DNA from: an uncultured Candidatus Binatia bacterium
Lineage (GTDB): Bacteria; Desulfobacterota; Binatia; Bin18
DNA length: 64,000 bases
Reading direction: 5' to 3'
Assembly (NCBI GenBank): GCA_965214605.1
Contig: OZ243961.1
Coordinates: 3,392,001 to 3,456,000 of the forward strand
The notes beneath the pieces are model-generated. The model had not been told where the DNA came from, ran no database searches, and saw only the letters and a program-made list of their open reading frames with translations. The translations under genes and the position numbers were made by a program. Every line of letters starts with the position of its first letter. Position 1 is the first letter of the stretch. Shown here in pieces: positions 48,661 through 57,079 of the stretch.

Positions 48661-48742
48661 CGCCGTGCGGGGCGGCCTCAAGATACAAGGGGGACACTCG
48701 CCACGCAAAAAGAGAACACGCAAAGATAGACCCAACGACCCG

Positions 48743-50884
48743 ATGTTCGGATCGATGCTCGGACCAAAGCGCCTCGCTCTGCACTGTCTGTGCTGTGTTA
48801 TCGTGCTGGTGTGGACGGCAGATATAAGCTACGGCCACGACACAACCGACCCCCAAACAGCCGCGCAGGTCCTCGCCGATTCACCCTACCAGATGCCTCT
48901 TCTGACTGTCACCGAGCGCCGTTCGGTCAGCGCGGCTACCGAAAACAGGGTGCGCGAAAAAGACTTTGCCGTCCGGCCGCATAATACGGCCTCGGAAATG
49001 CTGAACAATCTGCCCGGATTTGTGGCCGGTCAGCACGCCGGGGGGGGCAAAGCCATGCAATACTTCTTGCGCGGTTTCGATAATGATCACGGTACTGACG
49101 TGGCGATTAGCGTTGACGGCCTGCCCGTCAATATGGTCAGTCATGCCCACGGTCAGGGCTATGCGGACCTCAATTTTTTGATCCCCGAGGTGGTGGAGTC
49201 TATTGATTACCGTAAGGGACCATATTTTGCGGACTCTGGGAATTTTGCCAACTCGGGTTCGGTCAACTTTATTACCAGAGAGGATACTGCTCAAAACTCG
49301 CTCCGCGCCGTCGGCGGGTCTTTTAACACCATGCGCTATGTCGGTATCCTGTCGCCTCGTCTTGGTCCGGCACAAAGCTTGATCGCCAACGAGATCTTCT
49401 TCACTGATGGGCCGTTCAAGCGTAGCGAGAATTTCGTCAAATATAATCTCTTTGGCAAGGTTACCCTCGAGCCGACCCCAAGCTCGAAGCTGAGTCTGTG
49501 GACCTCGTTGTATACTGGAGATTGGGACGCCTCGGGCCAGATTCCACTCCGAGAGGTCAGGAGTGGTCGGCTCGATCGCTTTGGTTCGCTCGACCAAACC
49601 GAGGGCGGGCGCTCTGACCGGGAAAACGTCAATGTCCTCTACACGGCAGCCCCCAATCCTGAGGAACGCTGGGCTGTCCAACTGTACTTCAGCCGCTACC
49701 ATCTTTGCCTGTTCTCCAACTTTACTTTTTTCAGCGGTGACCCGGTGCGGGGCGACGGCATTGAACAACTCGATAGCCGCGTCCTCTTTGGTGGCCAGGC
49801 GCATTATCATCGGGGGTGGACGCTCGGTACTCTTTTTCTTGAGAGTACCGTTGGTTTTGAGACGCGCAACGATAATGTCGATGTCGGTTTATTTCGACAG
49901 CAGCGCCGACACCGGTTTTTTACTACCCAGAAAGTCGAGGTCTGGGAGAATGCCTTGAGCGGCTACACCCAGCACGAGCTGTTTGTACGCGAGTGGCTGC
50001 GGTTCATCGTTGGCCTGCGCGGCGACTTCTTTCTCTTTGATGTTGATGACCGGTCTCCCCATGGAGCGACAGACGCCCCGCGGCTCCAGGGCAATACGAC
50101 CGACGGTATTGTCAGTCCAAAGGCCAGTCTGATTGTGTCACCCTTCACCCCCCCTTCGAGCCTCTGGCACCAGACCGACTTCTTTCTCAATTTTGGTATG
50201 GGCTATCATTCCAACGATGCTCGGGATGCGGTCGAGGCGAAAGGAAATGGGCTTGCCCGCTCAACCGGCGGAGAAATCGGGACCCGCACGAATCTGTATA
50301 ATCGGGTTGAGCTGGCCTCCTCGCTGTGGTGGCTCGACCTGGGCAGCGAGCTGATTTTTGTGGGTGATGAGGGGACGACAGCACGGCGCGGTCCCACGCG
50401 CCGATGGGGCGTTGATATTGAGATACGGGTCGAAGCGTTACCCTGGTTGCTGTTTGACTATGACCTGACCTATACCGATCCCCGTTTTCGCGTGACGGGC
50501 ACGGCGATTCCCCTAGCGCCAACTCTGCTGATGAACGGGGGGGTGATGGCCTACCCGGTTGAGCATTTCTCTGCCGCTCTACGGGTGCGCTTCCTTGACG
50601 ACCGGGCCGCCAATGAGAGCCGCAGCATGGTTGCGCGGGGATACACCCTCATTAATCTGCTCTTGCGCTACCGGTGGCGCGACATTGAGGTGTCTTTCGA
50701 TGTGCTCAATCTCGCCAACACTGATTGGCGAGAGACGCAGTTTGCAACGGCGTCCTGTCTCAGACACGAAGTCGGCAGAGACAGCCGATGTCCTCGAAAC
50801 GGGGGCGGACCGGGGATTGTGGATATGAACGTGGTATCAGGCTACGGCATCAATATCCGCAGTGGGGTGACGGTGTTTTTCTAG
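48743..50884 (+). CDS. TonB-dependent receptor
   Basis: Signal peptide; plug GQHAGGGKA..LRGF..DHGTD and SHAHGQGY; C-terminal Phe; start at 48743 or 48755. Confidence 0.9.
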   Translation: MFGSMLGPKRLALHCLCCVIVLVWTADISYGHDTTDPQTAAQVLADSPYQMPLLTVTERRSVSAATENRVREKDFAVRPHNTASEMLNNLPGFVAGQHAGGGKAMQYFLRGFDNDHGTDVAISVDGLPVNMVSHAHGQGYADLNFLIPEVVESIDYRKGPYFADSGNFANSGSVNFITREDTAQNSLRAVGGSFNTMRYVGILSPRLGPAQSLIANEIFFTDGPFKRSENFVKYNLFGKVTLEPTPSSKLSLWTSLYTGDWDASGQIPLREVRSGRLDRFGSLDQTEGGRSDRENVNVLYTAAPNPEERWAVQLYFSRYHLCLFSNFTFFSGDPVRGDGIEQLDSRVLFGGQAHYHRGWTLGTLFLESTVGFETRNDNVDVGLFRQQRRHRFFTTQKVEVWENALSGYTQHELFVREWLRFIVGLRGDFFLFDVDDRSPHGATDAPRLQGNTTDGIVSPKASLIVSPFTPPSSLWHQTDFFLNFGMGYHSNDARDAVEAKGNGLARSTGGEIGTRTNLYNRVELASSLWWLDLGSELIFVGDEGTTARRGPTRRWGVDIEIRVEALPWLLFDYDLTYTDPRFRVTGTAIPLAPTLLMNGGVMAYPVEHFSAALRVRFLDDRAANESRSMVARGYTLINLLLRYRWRDIEVSFDVLNLANTDWRETQFATASCLRHEVGRDSRCPRNGGGPGIVDMNVVSGYGINIRSGVTVFF

Positions 50885-51068
50885 GTGAGTCCTTGAGAGC
50901 CCCTGAGCGTCTCGTCCCCTTTTTGTGTCCGGGGGCCTATACTGCCAATCGTGCCAACTCCTTAAGCGACGCGTCCAAGCCTGTCGCGGGCTGTAACGGC
51001 ATCCACTCGTAGAGGCCATATGGGATTGACACACAGAAACTCTGTCGGCTAATACATTCTGCGACTGG

Positions 51069-51152
<84 letters not shown>

Positions 51153-51160
51153 TATTATAT

Positions 51161-51195
51161 GGGGCCACTCTCGGATCGAGGCAGGCCCTTTTTTT
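51161..51195 (+). terminator. Rho-independent terminator after tRNA-Leu
   Basis: GGGCC...GGCCC stem with inner CTCG/CGAG, followed by a T7 tract. Confidence 0.7.
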
Positions 51196-51286
51196 GTCTA
51201 TTTTGTCTATACTGAAGGGAGGCGATGTACGCGTCGCCCTTCATCAGAGGTGAAACACCTGACCCGCTTCCCCGAGGAGGCTCGGC

Positions 51287-54200
51287 ATGCCACAAGAACT
51301 TGCGCCCCAATACGATCCGTCCGGCCTTGAGCAACAGATATCCGAGCGGTGGGCCGAGGCCAAAGCCTTTGCCGCCACCCCCGACGACAACCCGCGCCGT
51401 TATGTGATTATGATGCCGCTGCCCAACGTGACTGGTGCGCTGCACCTGGGCCATGCCATGGATAATGTCATGCAGGATATGCTGACCCGCTGGCACCGCA
51501 TGATGGCCGACAACACGCTGTGGATGGCCGGGACCGATCATGCCGGTATCGCCACTCAAGCGGTGGTTGAGAAACGGCTGTTGGAGCTGGAAGGAAAAAC
51601 CCGTCACGATATTGGTCGGGACGCTTTGGTGGAAAGAATCTGGGACTGGAAAGATCAGTACCAAGCTCGCATTGTCAGCCAACAGCAGGCCATGGGCTGC
51701 TCATGTGACTGGGACCGGCAGCGGTTTACCATGGATCCGGTCTGCGCGCGGGCCGTGTCCTGGACCTTCTTTCGGCTGTTTCAGGACGGATTGATTTTTC
51801 GGGGGACGCGTCTGGTCAACTGGGACTGTCACCTGCAGACCGCTGTGGCGGATGATGAAATTGTATATGAAACCGTGCAGGGCCATTTCTGGCACTTGCG
51901 CTATCCGATTATTGATCCCCAGCCGGACGAGCCTCAGCACGTTGTGGTGGCTACCACCCGACCCGAAACCATGCTCGGCGATACCGCCGTGGCGTGTCAT
52001 CCCGATCCTCGCGGTGCGCTAGAGCAACACATCGCAAAGACGCAGGCCCGCTTGGCCACGGCTGGTCAGAAGGATCGGGCCGAGATCGAAGCCGAACTCG
52101 CCCGGCTCATGCAACGTCGCCAAACCCATCTTCCGTGGTTGGAGCGGTTAACCGCTATGGCCAAGGCGGGTCGAAGGGTCCGTCTGCCGCTCCTCAACCG
52201 TCCGATTCCACTCTTGTGCGATGAATGGGCAAAGCCCGAGTTGGGCAGTGGCTGTGTCAAGATTACCCCCGCCCACGACCCGAACGACTACGACGTGTGG
52301 ACGCGCCATCGCGAGACGATTGACCTGATTAATATTTTGAGCATGGACGGCTCGCTAAATGATAATGCCGGTCCCTACCGAGGGCTGGACCGCTTTGCCG
52401 CCCGCGACAAAATTGTGGCCGATCTGGCCTCTCAGGGGTTGTTGGAGCAGGTCGAAGACCGCGAAACCGAAATCGGCCATTCCGACCGCTCTAAGACCCC
52501 AATTGAGCCCTATCTGTCCGAGCAATGGTTTGTCCGCATGGGTGACGTTGAGGGTGGGGTCGTGTGTGGACGCGGCACGGACAAAGAGTTCAGCACCCCG
52601 GGTCTGGCCCAAGCCGCGATTGATGCGGCCCAACAGTCATGGCGCTCGCCGTCCGGACGCTACGTCTCGTTTCACCCCGATGAGCGCTATCGCAATACCT
52701 ATATCACCTGGCTGGCCGAAAAACGTGACTGGTGCATCAGCCGCCAGCTGTGGTGGGGGCACCGCATTCCGATCTGGACCGCACGCCTGAGTGGCCAGAC
52801 TGTGGCCGATAAGCTGGCCTGGCTCGAACCCTATCTCGGCCGAGCAGACCTGGTGGCCCGTTTGCTCTATGCCAACGGATTGAGCGAGCTGGTCCGGCCG
52901 GGAGCCGCCCGGCGTTGGACTGGGGACGACGAGGTTCAACTGTTGGTGTGTTTACGCGAGCCGCCCGACGATGAACAGCTGGTCCAAGAACTTGAGGCGG
53001 CTGGCTTTGAGCGCGATCCCGACGTGCTCGACACCTGGTTTTCCAGCGGGCTGTGGCCCCACAGCACGCTGGGCTGGCCCAATCCGAACACCGCCGCAGT
53101 AGAGCCCGGTCAGACCCCTCTGGGTCAACACAACGGAGCTACCGACTGTCTGTCTTTTTACTATCCTGGTAGCTGCTTGGTGACCGGGCGCGATATCATC
53201 ACCCTGTGGGTCGCCCGGATGGTCGTCATGGGGCTCTATAACCTGGGTGACGTTCCGTTTACCGACGTCTTTATTCACGCCACTATTCTGGACGGCAAGG
53301 GTGAGCGGATGAGTAAATCCAAGGGCAACGGCATTGACCCGGTCGATATTATTGACCGCTACGGCTGCGATGCCATGCGCTACGTGCTGTGTGAGATGCA
53401 GACCGGATCGCAGGACATTCGGCTGCCGGTCCAAGCCCTGTCTCCGTATACCAATCAGCTGGTCGACTTAGCCAAAGCTCAACACGGCCGAACGATTTTT
53501 ACTTATCTGTGTCCCGAGACCGGTAAAGAATTCGATGTGTTGGGCACGATGCCCGATATCCCTGCGGCAAAACTGGTCAGTGAGCGTTTTGAGGTCGGCC
53601 GTAATTTTTGTAACAAGGTGTGGAACGCGACCCGGTTTGCGTTACTCAATCTGGAGGGAGCGGCATTTCGACCGCTGCGCCTCGCAGACCTGGTGCTTGA
53701 GGACCGCTGGCTGTTGTCACGGCTGTCACGGGCGACTGCCGAGGTGCAGGCACAGCTCGACGCGTATAATCCGGCGGCGGCTATTACGGCCGCCCGCGAG
53801 TTTTTCTGGGCTGAGCTGTGCAACTGGTATGTCGAGATGATTAAACCCCGCCTGCGCCAGGGCGGGGAGGCCGATACGGCCCGCCAAGTCCTGGCCTTCG
53901 CCATTGATCAGGTCCTGCGCCTGCTGCATCCGTTTATTCCGTTTTTAACCGAGTTTCTGTGGCAGCGGCTCAACGAACAGGTGCCGCAGCGGGGAATTGA
54001 CCGTGCCCTCCCGACTCCACACCTGCTGGCCCAGGCACCGTGGCCTCGCGCCCAAGAGGACTGGCAGGAGCCCCGGTTAGAACACGAGCTTGACTTCTTG
54101 CGGGAGGCGATCCGTGCTATCCGTGATATTCGCAGCCAGTACACGGTCGTCCCCAAGCAAACGCTTGCGGTCCGGATCAAAGTCGATACGGCGGATGCAG

Positions 54201-54550
54201 CGGCCGCCCGCATTCTCAGCGCCGGGTCAGCGCATCTGCGTTACTTGGCGGGCGTCGAGTCCCTCCAGATTGGTCCCGACGTTGAGCGAACGACCGATGC
54301 GGCGACAGCCGTGGTAGGCGAGAGCGAGGTCTATGTGTTGGGGGTGGTCGATGTTGAGAAAGAACGGACCCGGTTGACCGGCCAAATCAAGAAACTGACC
54401 GGCACCCTTGAAGGGACGCGGAAGAAACTGGCCAATGAGAAATTTGTCTCTCGCGCCAAGCCTGCGGTCGTCGCCAAAGAACGCGCCCGGTTGGTGGATA
54501 TAGAGTCACAGCTGGCAACTCTGAATGCGAATCTGAATGCACTGGGATAA
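51287..54550 (+). CDS. valS: Valine--tRNA ligase (with insertions)
   Basis: PNVTGALHLGH, DHAGIATQ, TTRPET, DWCISRQLWWGH, RMSKS and a C-terminal coiled coil. Confidence 0.97.
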   Translation: MPQELAPQYDPSGLEQQISERWAEAKAFAATPDDNPRRYVIMMPLPNVTGALHLGHAMDNVMQDMLTRWHRMMADNTLWMAGTDHAGIATQAVVEKRLLELEGKTRHDIGRDALVERIWDWKDQYQARIVSQQQAMGCSCDWDRQRFTMDPVCARAVSWTFFRLFQDGLIFRGTRLVNWDCHLQTAVADDEIVYETVQGHFWHLRYPIIDPQPDEPQHVVVATTRPETMLGDTAVACHPDPRGALEQHIAKTQARLATAGQKDRAEIEAELARLMQRRQTHLPWLERLTAMAKAGRRVRLPLLNRPIPLLCDEWAKPELGSGCVKITPAHDPNDYDVWTRHRETIDLINILSMDGSLNDNAGPYRGLDRFAARDKIVADLASQGLLEQVEDRETEIGHSDRSKTPIEPYLSEQWFVRMGDVEGGVVCGRGTDKEFSTPGLAQAAIDAAQQSWRSPSGRYVSFHPDERYRNTYITWLAEKRDWCISRQLWWGHRIPIWTARLSGQTVADKLAWLEPYLGRADLVARLLYANGLSELVRPGAARRWTGDDEVQLLVCLREPPDDEQLVQELEAAGFERDPDVLDTWFSSGLWPHSTLGWPNPNTAAVEPGQTPLGQHNGATDCLSFYYPGSCLVTGRDIITLWVARMVVMGLYNLGDVPFTDVFIHATILDGKGERMSKSKGNGIDPVDIIDRYGCDAMRYVLCEMQTGSQDIRLPVQALSPYTNQLVDLAKAQHGRTIFTYLCPETGKEFDVLGTMPDIPAAKLVSERFEVGRNFCNKVWNATRFALLNLEGAAFRPLRLADLVLEDRWLLSRLSRATAEVQAQLDAYNPAAAITAAREFFWAELCNWYVEMIKPRLRQGGEADTARQVLAFAIDQVLRLLHPFIPFLTEFLWQRLNEQVPQRGIDRALPTPHLLAQAPWPRAQEDWQEPRLEHELDFLREAIRAIRDIRSQYTVVPKQTLAVRIKVDTADAAAARILSAGSAHLRYLAGVESLQIGPDVERTTDAATAVVGESEVYVLGVVDVEKERTRLTGQIKKLTGTLEGTRKKLANEKFVSRAKPAVVAKERARLVDIESQLATLNANLNALG

Positions 54551-54556
54551 CACACT

Positions 54557-55405
54557 ATGGGCCCTTTTGATCATCCTGCTACAACTCGTCTGATCGCCAC
54601 CGCCCTTGAGGAAGACCTTGGTCGGGGCGATGTGACTACCCTGGCGACCATTCCAGCTGACTGTTCGGCCGAGGGAAAAATTACTGCCAAAGCGGCGCTC
54701 ACAGTTGCTGGTCTGCCCCTGATTGAGCGGGTGTTGCACGCGGTAGACCGAGGCGTCACGGTCGCTCTGCGCGTTGACGAAGGAACGACGGTCCAAAAGG
54801 GGGAGGTGGTAGCGGAGGTGTGGGGTACGGCGGGCAGTCTGTTGATTGCCGAGCGCACGGTGCTGAATTTCCTCCAACATATGTGCGGCGTTGCAACGCT
54901 GACCCGGCGGTTTGTTGAGGCCGTTGCCGGCACTTCATGTACGATCATTGATACGCGCAAAACCCTCCCTGGGTTTCGTTTGCTGGATAAATACGCCGTG
55001 ACCCAGGGGGGGGGGACAAACCACCGTATGGGCTTGGACGACGGCGTGTTGATTAAAGATAACCACATCAGCGTATGCGGTGGGGTGGGAGCAGCCGTCC
55101 GCCAGGCCAAGCAACGGGCCTCGGCTCTGCTGCGGATTGAGGTCGAGTGTGCCAGCCTCGACCAGGTCAGCGAGGCGCTTGTGGCCGGGACCGATATCTT
55201 GCTTCTGGACAATATGACGACCCGAGAAATGCGGGACGCGGTGCAGCTGGTGCAGGGCAGAGCCCTGCTTGAAGCCTCGGGCAATATGAGCCTGGAGCGG
55301 GTTCGAGAAGTCGCCCGGACAGGGGTGGATTTTATATCAGTTGGGGCACTAACCCACTCCGCTCCGGCCGTTGACCTGAGCATGACCGTATCGTCTCAGA
55401 CCTGA
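54557..55405 (+). CDS. nadC: Quinolinate phosphoribosyltransferase
   Basis: Motifs DTRKT, HRMGLDD, IKDNH, LLDN, EASG and GALTH. Confidence 0.96.
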   Translation: MGPFDHPATTRLIATALEEDLGRGDVTTLATIPADCSAEGKITAKAALTVAGLPLIERVLHAVDRGVTVALRVDEGTTVQKGEVVAEVWGTAGSLLIAERTVLNFLQHMCGVATLTRRFVEAVAGTSCTIIDTRKTLPGFRLLDKYAVTQGGGTNHRMGLDDGVLIKDNHISVCGGVGAAVRQAKQRASALLRIEVECASLDQVSEALVAGTDILLLDNMTTREMRDAVQLVQGRALLEASGNMSLERVREVARTGVDFISVGALTHSAPAVDLSMTVSSQT

Positions 55406-55441
55406 GGCGTGCTCCAGTCCTATCGTCAGGAGTCTTCAGCC

Positions 55442-56281
55442 ATGTCTGAACAAGACTTTGTTGTTGCCGTTGGAAGCCAACTCAAGACACGTTTTCTTGG
55501 CAAACCGCTCCATTTTTTTGAGACGATCGACTCAACCAATACCTACGCCGCACAGCTGGCCGAAGGGGGGGCCGCCGAGGGGACGGTTGTGATTGCCGAT
55601 GCGCAGACTGGCGGTCGAGGCCGCCTGGGCCGCAGCTGGGTCTCGCCAGCCGGGGTGAACCTGTACTGCTCTGTGCTTCTTCGACCCCATATCGCCCCCG
55701 GTTTAGCCCCCCAGATCAATCTGGTGGCCGCCGTGGCGGTGGCCGATACGATCGCTGGGCTAAGTGGACTGAGTCCGACTATCAAATGGCCCAACGATGT
55801 GTTGCTCAAGGGCAAAAAGGTCTGCGGTATCCTGGCTGAGATGCAAACAAGCGGAGAGCGCTTGCAGGCCATAATTCTTGGCATCGGGGTGAATCTAAAC
55901 GCCGAGTTAGAGGTGTTTCCCGAAGAGCTGAGAGAGAAAGCCTCCTCGCTCCTTTTGCTGACCGGTACGCCGGTTGAGCGCGCCACGTTCACCGCCCGCC
56001 TCCTGACCCACCTTGAGCAATCTTATCTTCTTTGGTTACAAAAGGGGCTCCCGGCCCTGCGCGCGACCTGGGAGCGGTATGCCGGTGCCCTGATTGGCCA
56101 GCAGATCGCCGTGGCCGCCCAAGGCGAGGCGATCAACGGCACGATAGTGGGCCTGGATACGGATGGAGCTTTACTGGTGCGAGAGCAAACAACCGAGACG
56201 CTCCGCCGGGTACTGACGGGTGAGGTGAGCGTAATCGGTGGCTATCGAAAGGGTGGGACAGACCATGATCCTCGTGATTGA
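55442..56281 (+). CDS. birA: Biotin--protein ligase (no N-terminal HTH)
   Basis: Motifs DSTN, QTGGRGRLGRSW, KWPND and KVCGIL. Confidence 0.94.
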   Translation: MSEQDFVVAVGSQLKTRFLGKPLHFFETIDSTNTYAAQLAEGGAAEGTVVIADAQTGGRGRLGRSWVSPAGVNLYCSVLLRPHIAPGLAPQINLVAAVAVADTIAGLSGLSPTIKWPNDVLLKGKKVCGILAEMQTSGERLQAIILGIGVNLNAELEVFPEELREKASSLLLLTGTPVERATFTARLLTHLEQSYLLWLQKGLPALRATWERYAGALIGQQIAVAAQGEAINGTIVGLDTDGALLVREQTTETLRRVLTGEVSVIGGYRKGGTDHDPRD

Positions 56282-57029
56282 CGTGGGCAATACCCATACC
56301 GTGATTGGCATATACCAGGATAAAACACTGAGCCACCATTGGCGTCTGACGACCGATTCAGGACGCACTTCGGATGAGTACGGCGTGGTGCTGAGCAGTG
56401 TCTTTGCTGCCTCAGACATTTCTTTTCGGGCGATTGAGGGCATTGCCGTGTCGTGCGTGGTGCCGCCGATGATCCGGGTTGTCGAAGACCTGGCCCGCTC
56501 CCTCTTTCAACGTGCTCCGCTGATTATCGGGCCCGGTACCAAAACCGGCATGCCGATCCTGTATGACGCACCGCGCGAGGTGGGAGCGGACCGGATTGTA
56601 AATGCCGTGGCTGCCTATGATCGCTATCACGAAGCCACGATTGTGGTTGATTTTGGAACCGCGACGACATTTGACTATGTGACTGCCGACGGCGAGTACT
56701 TGGGCGGAGCGATCGTGCCTGGTATCGGTATTTCACTCGAAGCCTTGTATACCAAGACAGCCAAGCTGTACCGGGTAGAGCTGATCAAGCCCCCCAAAGT
56801 GGTTGGCCGCAACACAGTGCACGCCATTCAGTCGGGCATCTGTTATGGATATACCGCGCTTGTCGATGGCATGGTAGACCGGATTCGCAAAGAGAACACC
56901 AGCCACGCCCGGGTGATTGCCACCGGGGGATTTGCCGAGTTGATTGCCGGCGAATCGACGACTATCGAAGCGATAGATGAGTTCTTGACCCTTGATGGGC
57001 TGCGTATTTTGTATGAACGAAATCACTGA
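56265..57029 (+). CDS. coaX: Type III pantothenate kinase
   Basis: Motifs IDVGNT, VGADRI, VDFGTATT and IATGG. Confidence 0.95.
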   Translation: MILVIDVGNTHTVIGIYQDKTLSHHWRLTTDSGRTSDEYGVVLSSVFAASDISFRAIEGIAVSCVVPPMIRVVEDLARSLFQRAPLIIGPGTKTGMPILYDAPREVGADRIVNAVAAYDRYHEATIVVDFGTATTFDYVTADGEYLGGAIVPGIGISLEALYTKTAKLYRVELIKPPKVVGRNTVHAIQSGICYGYTALVDGMVDRIRKENTSHARVIATGGFAELIAGESTTIEAIDEFLTLDGLRILYERNH

Positions 57030-57079
57030 CTCGGGGCGACGCGTACGTCGTCCCGCCTGCGAGACACAGGAGGGCTCCG

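Noticed and set aside
51221-51270. Fluoride riboswitch (starts GGCGATG...TCGCC)
   Set aside because: Lacks the downstream GCTGATGAC pseudoknot strand, and the gene context does not fit.
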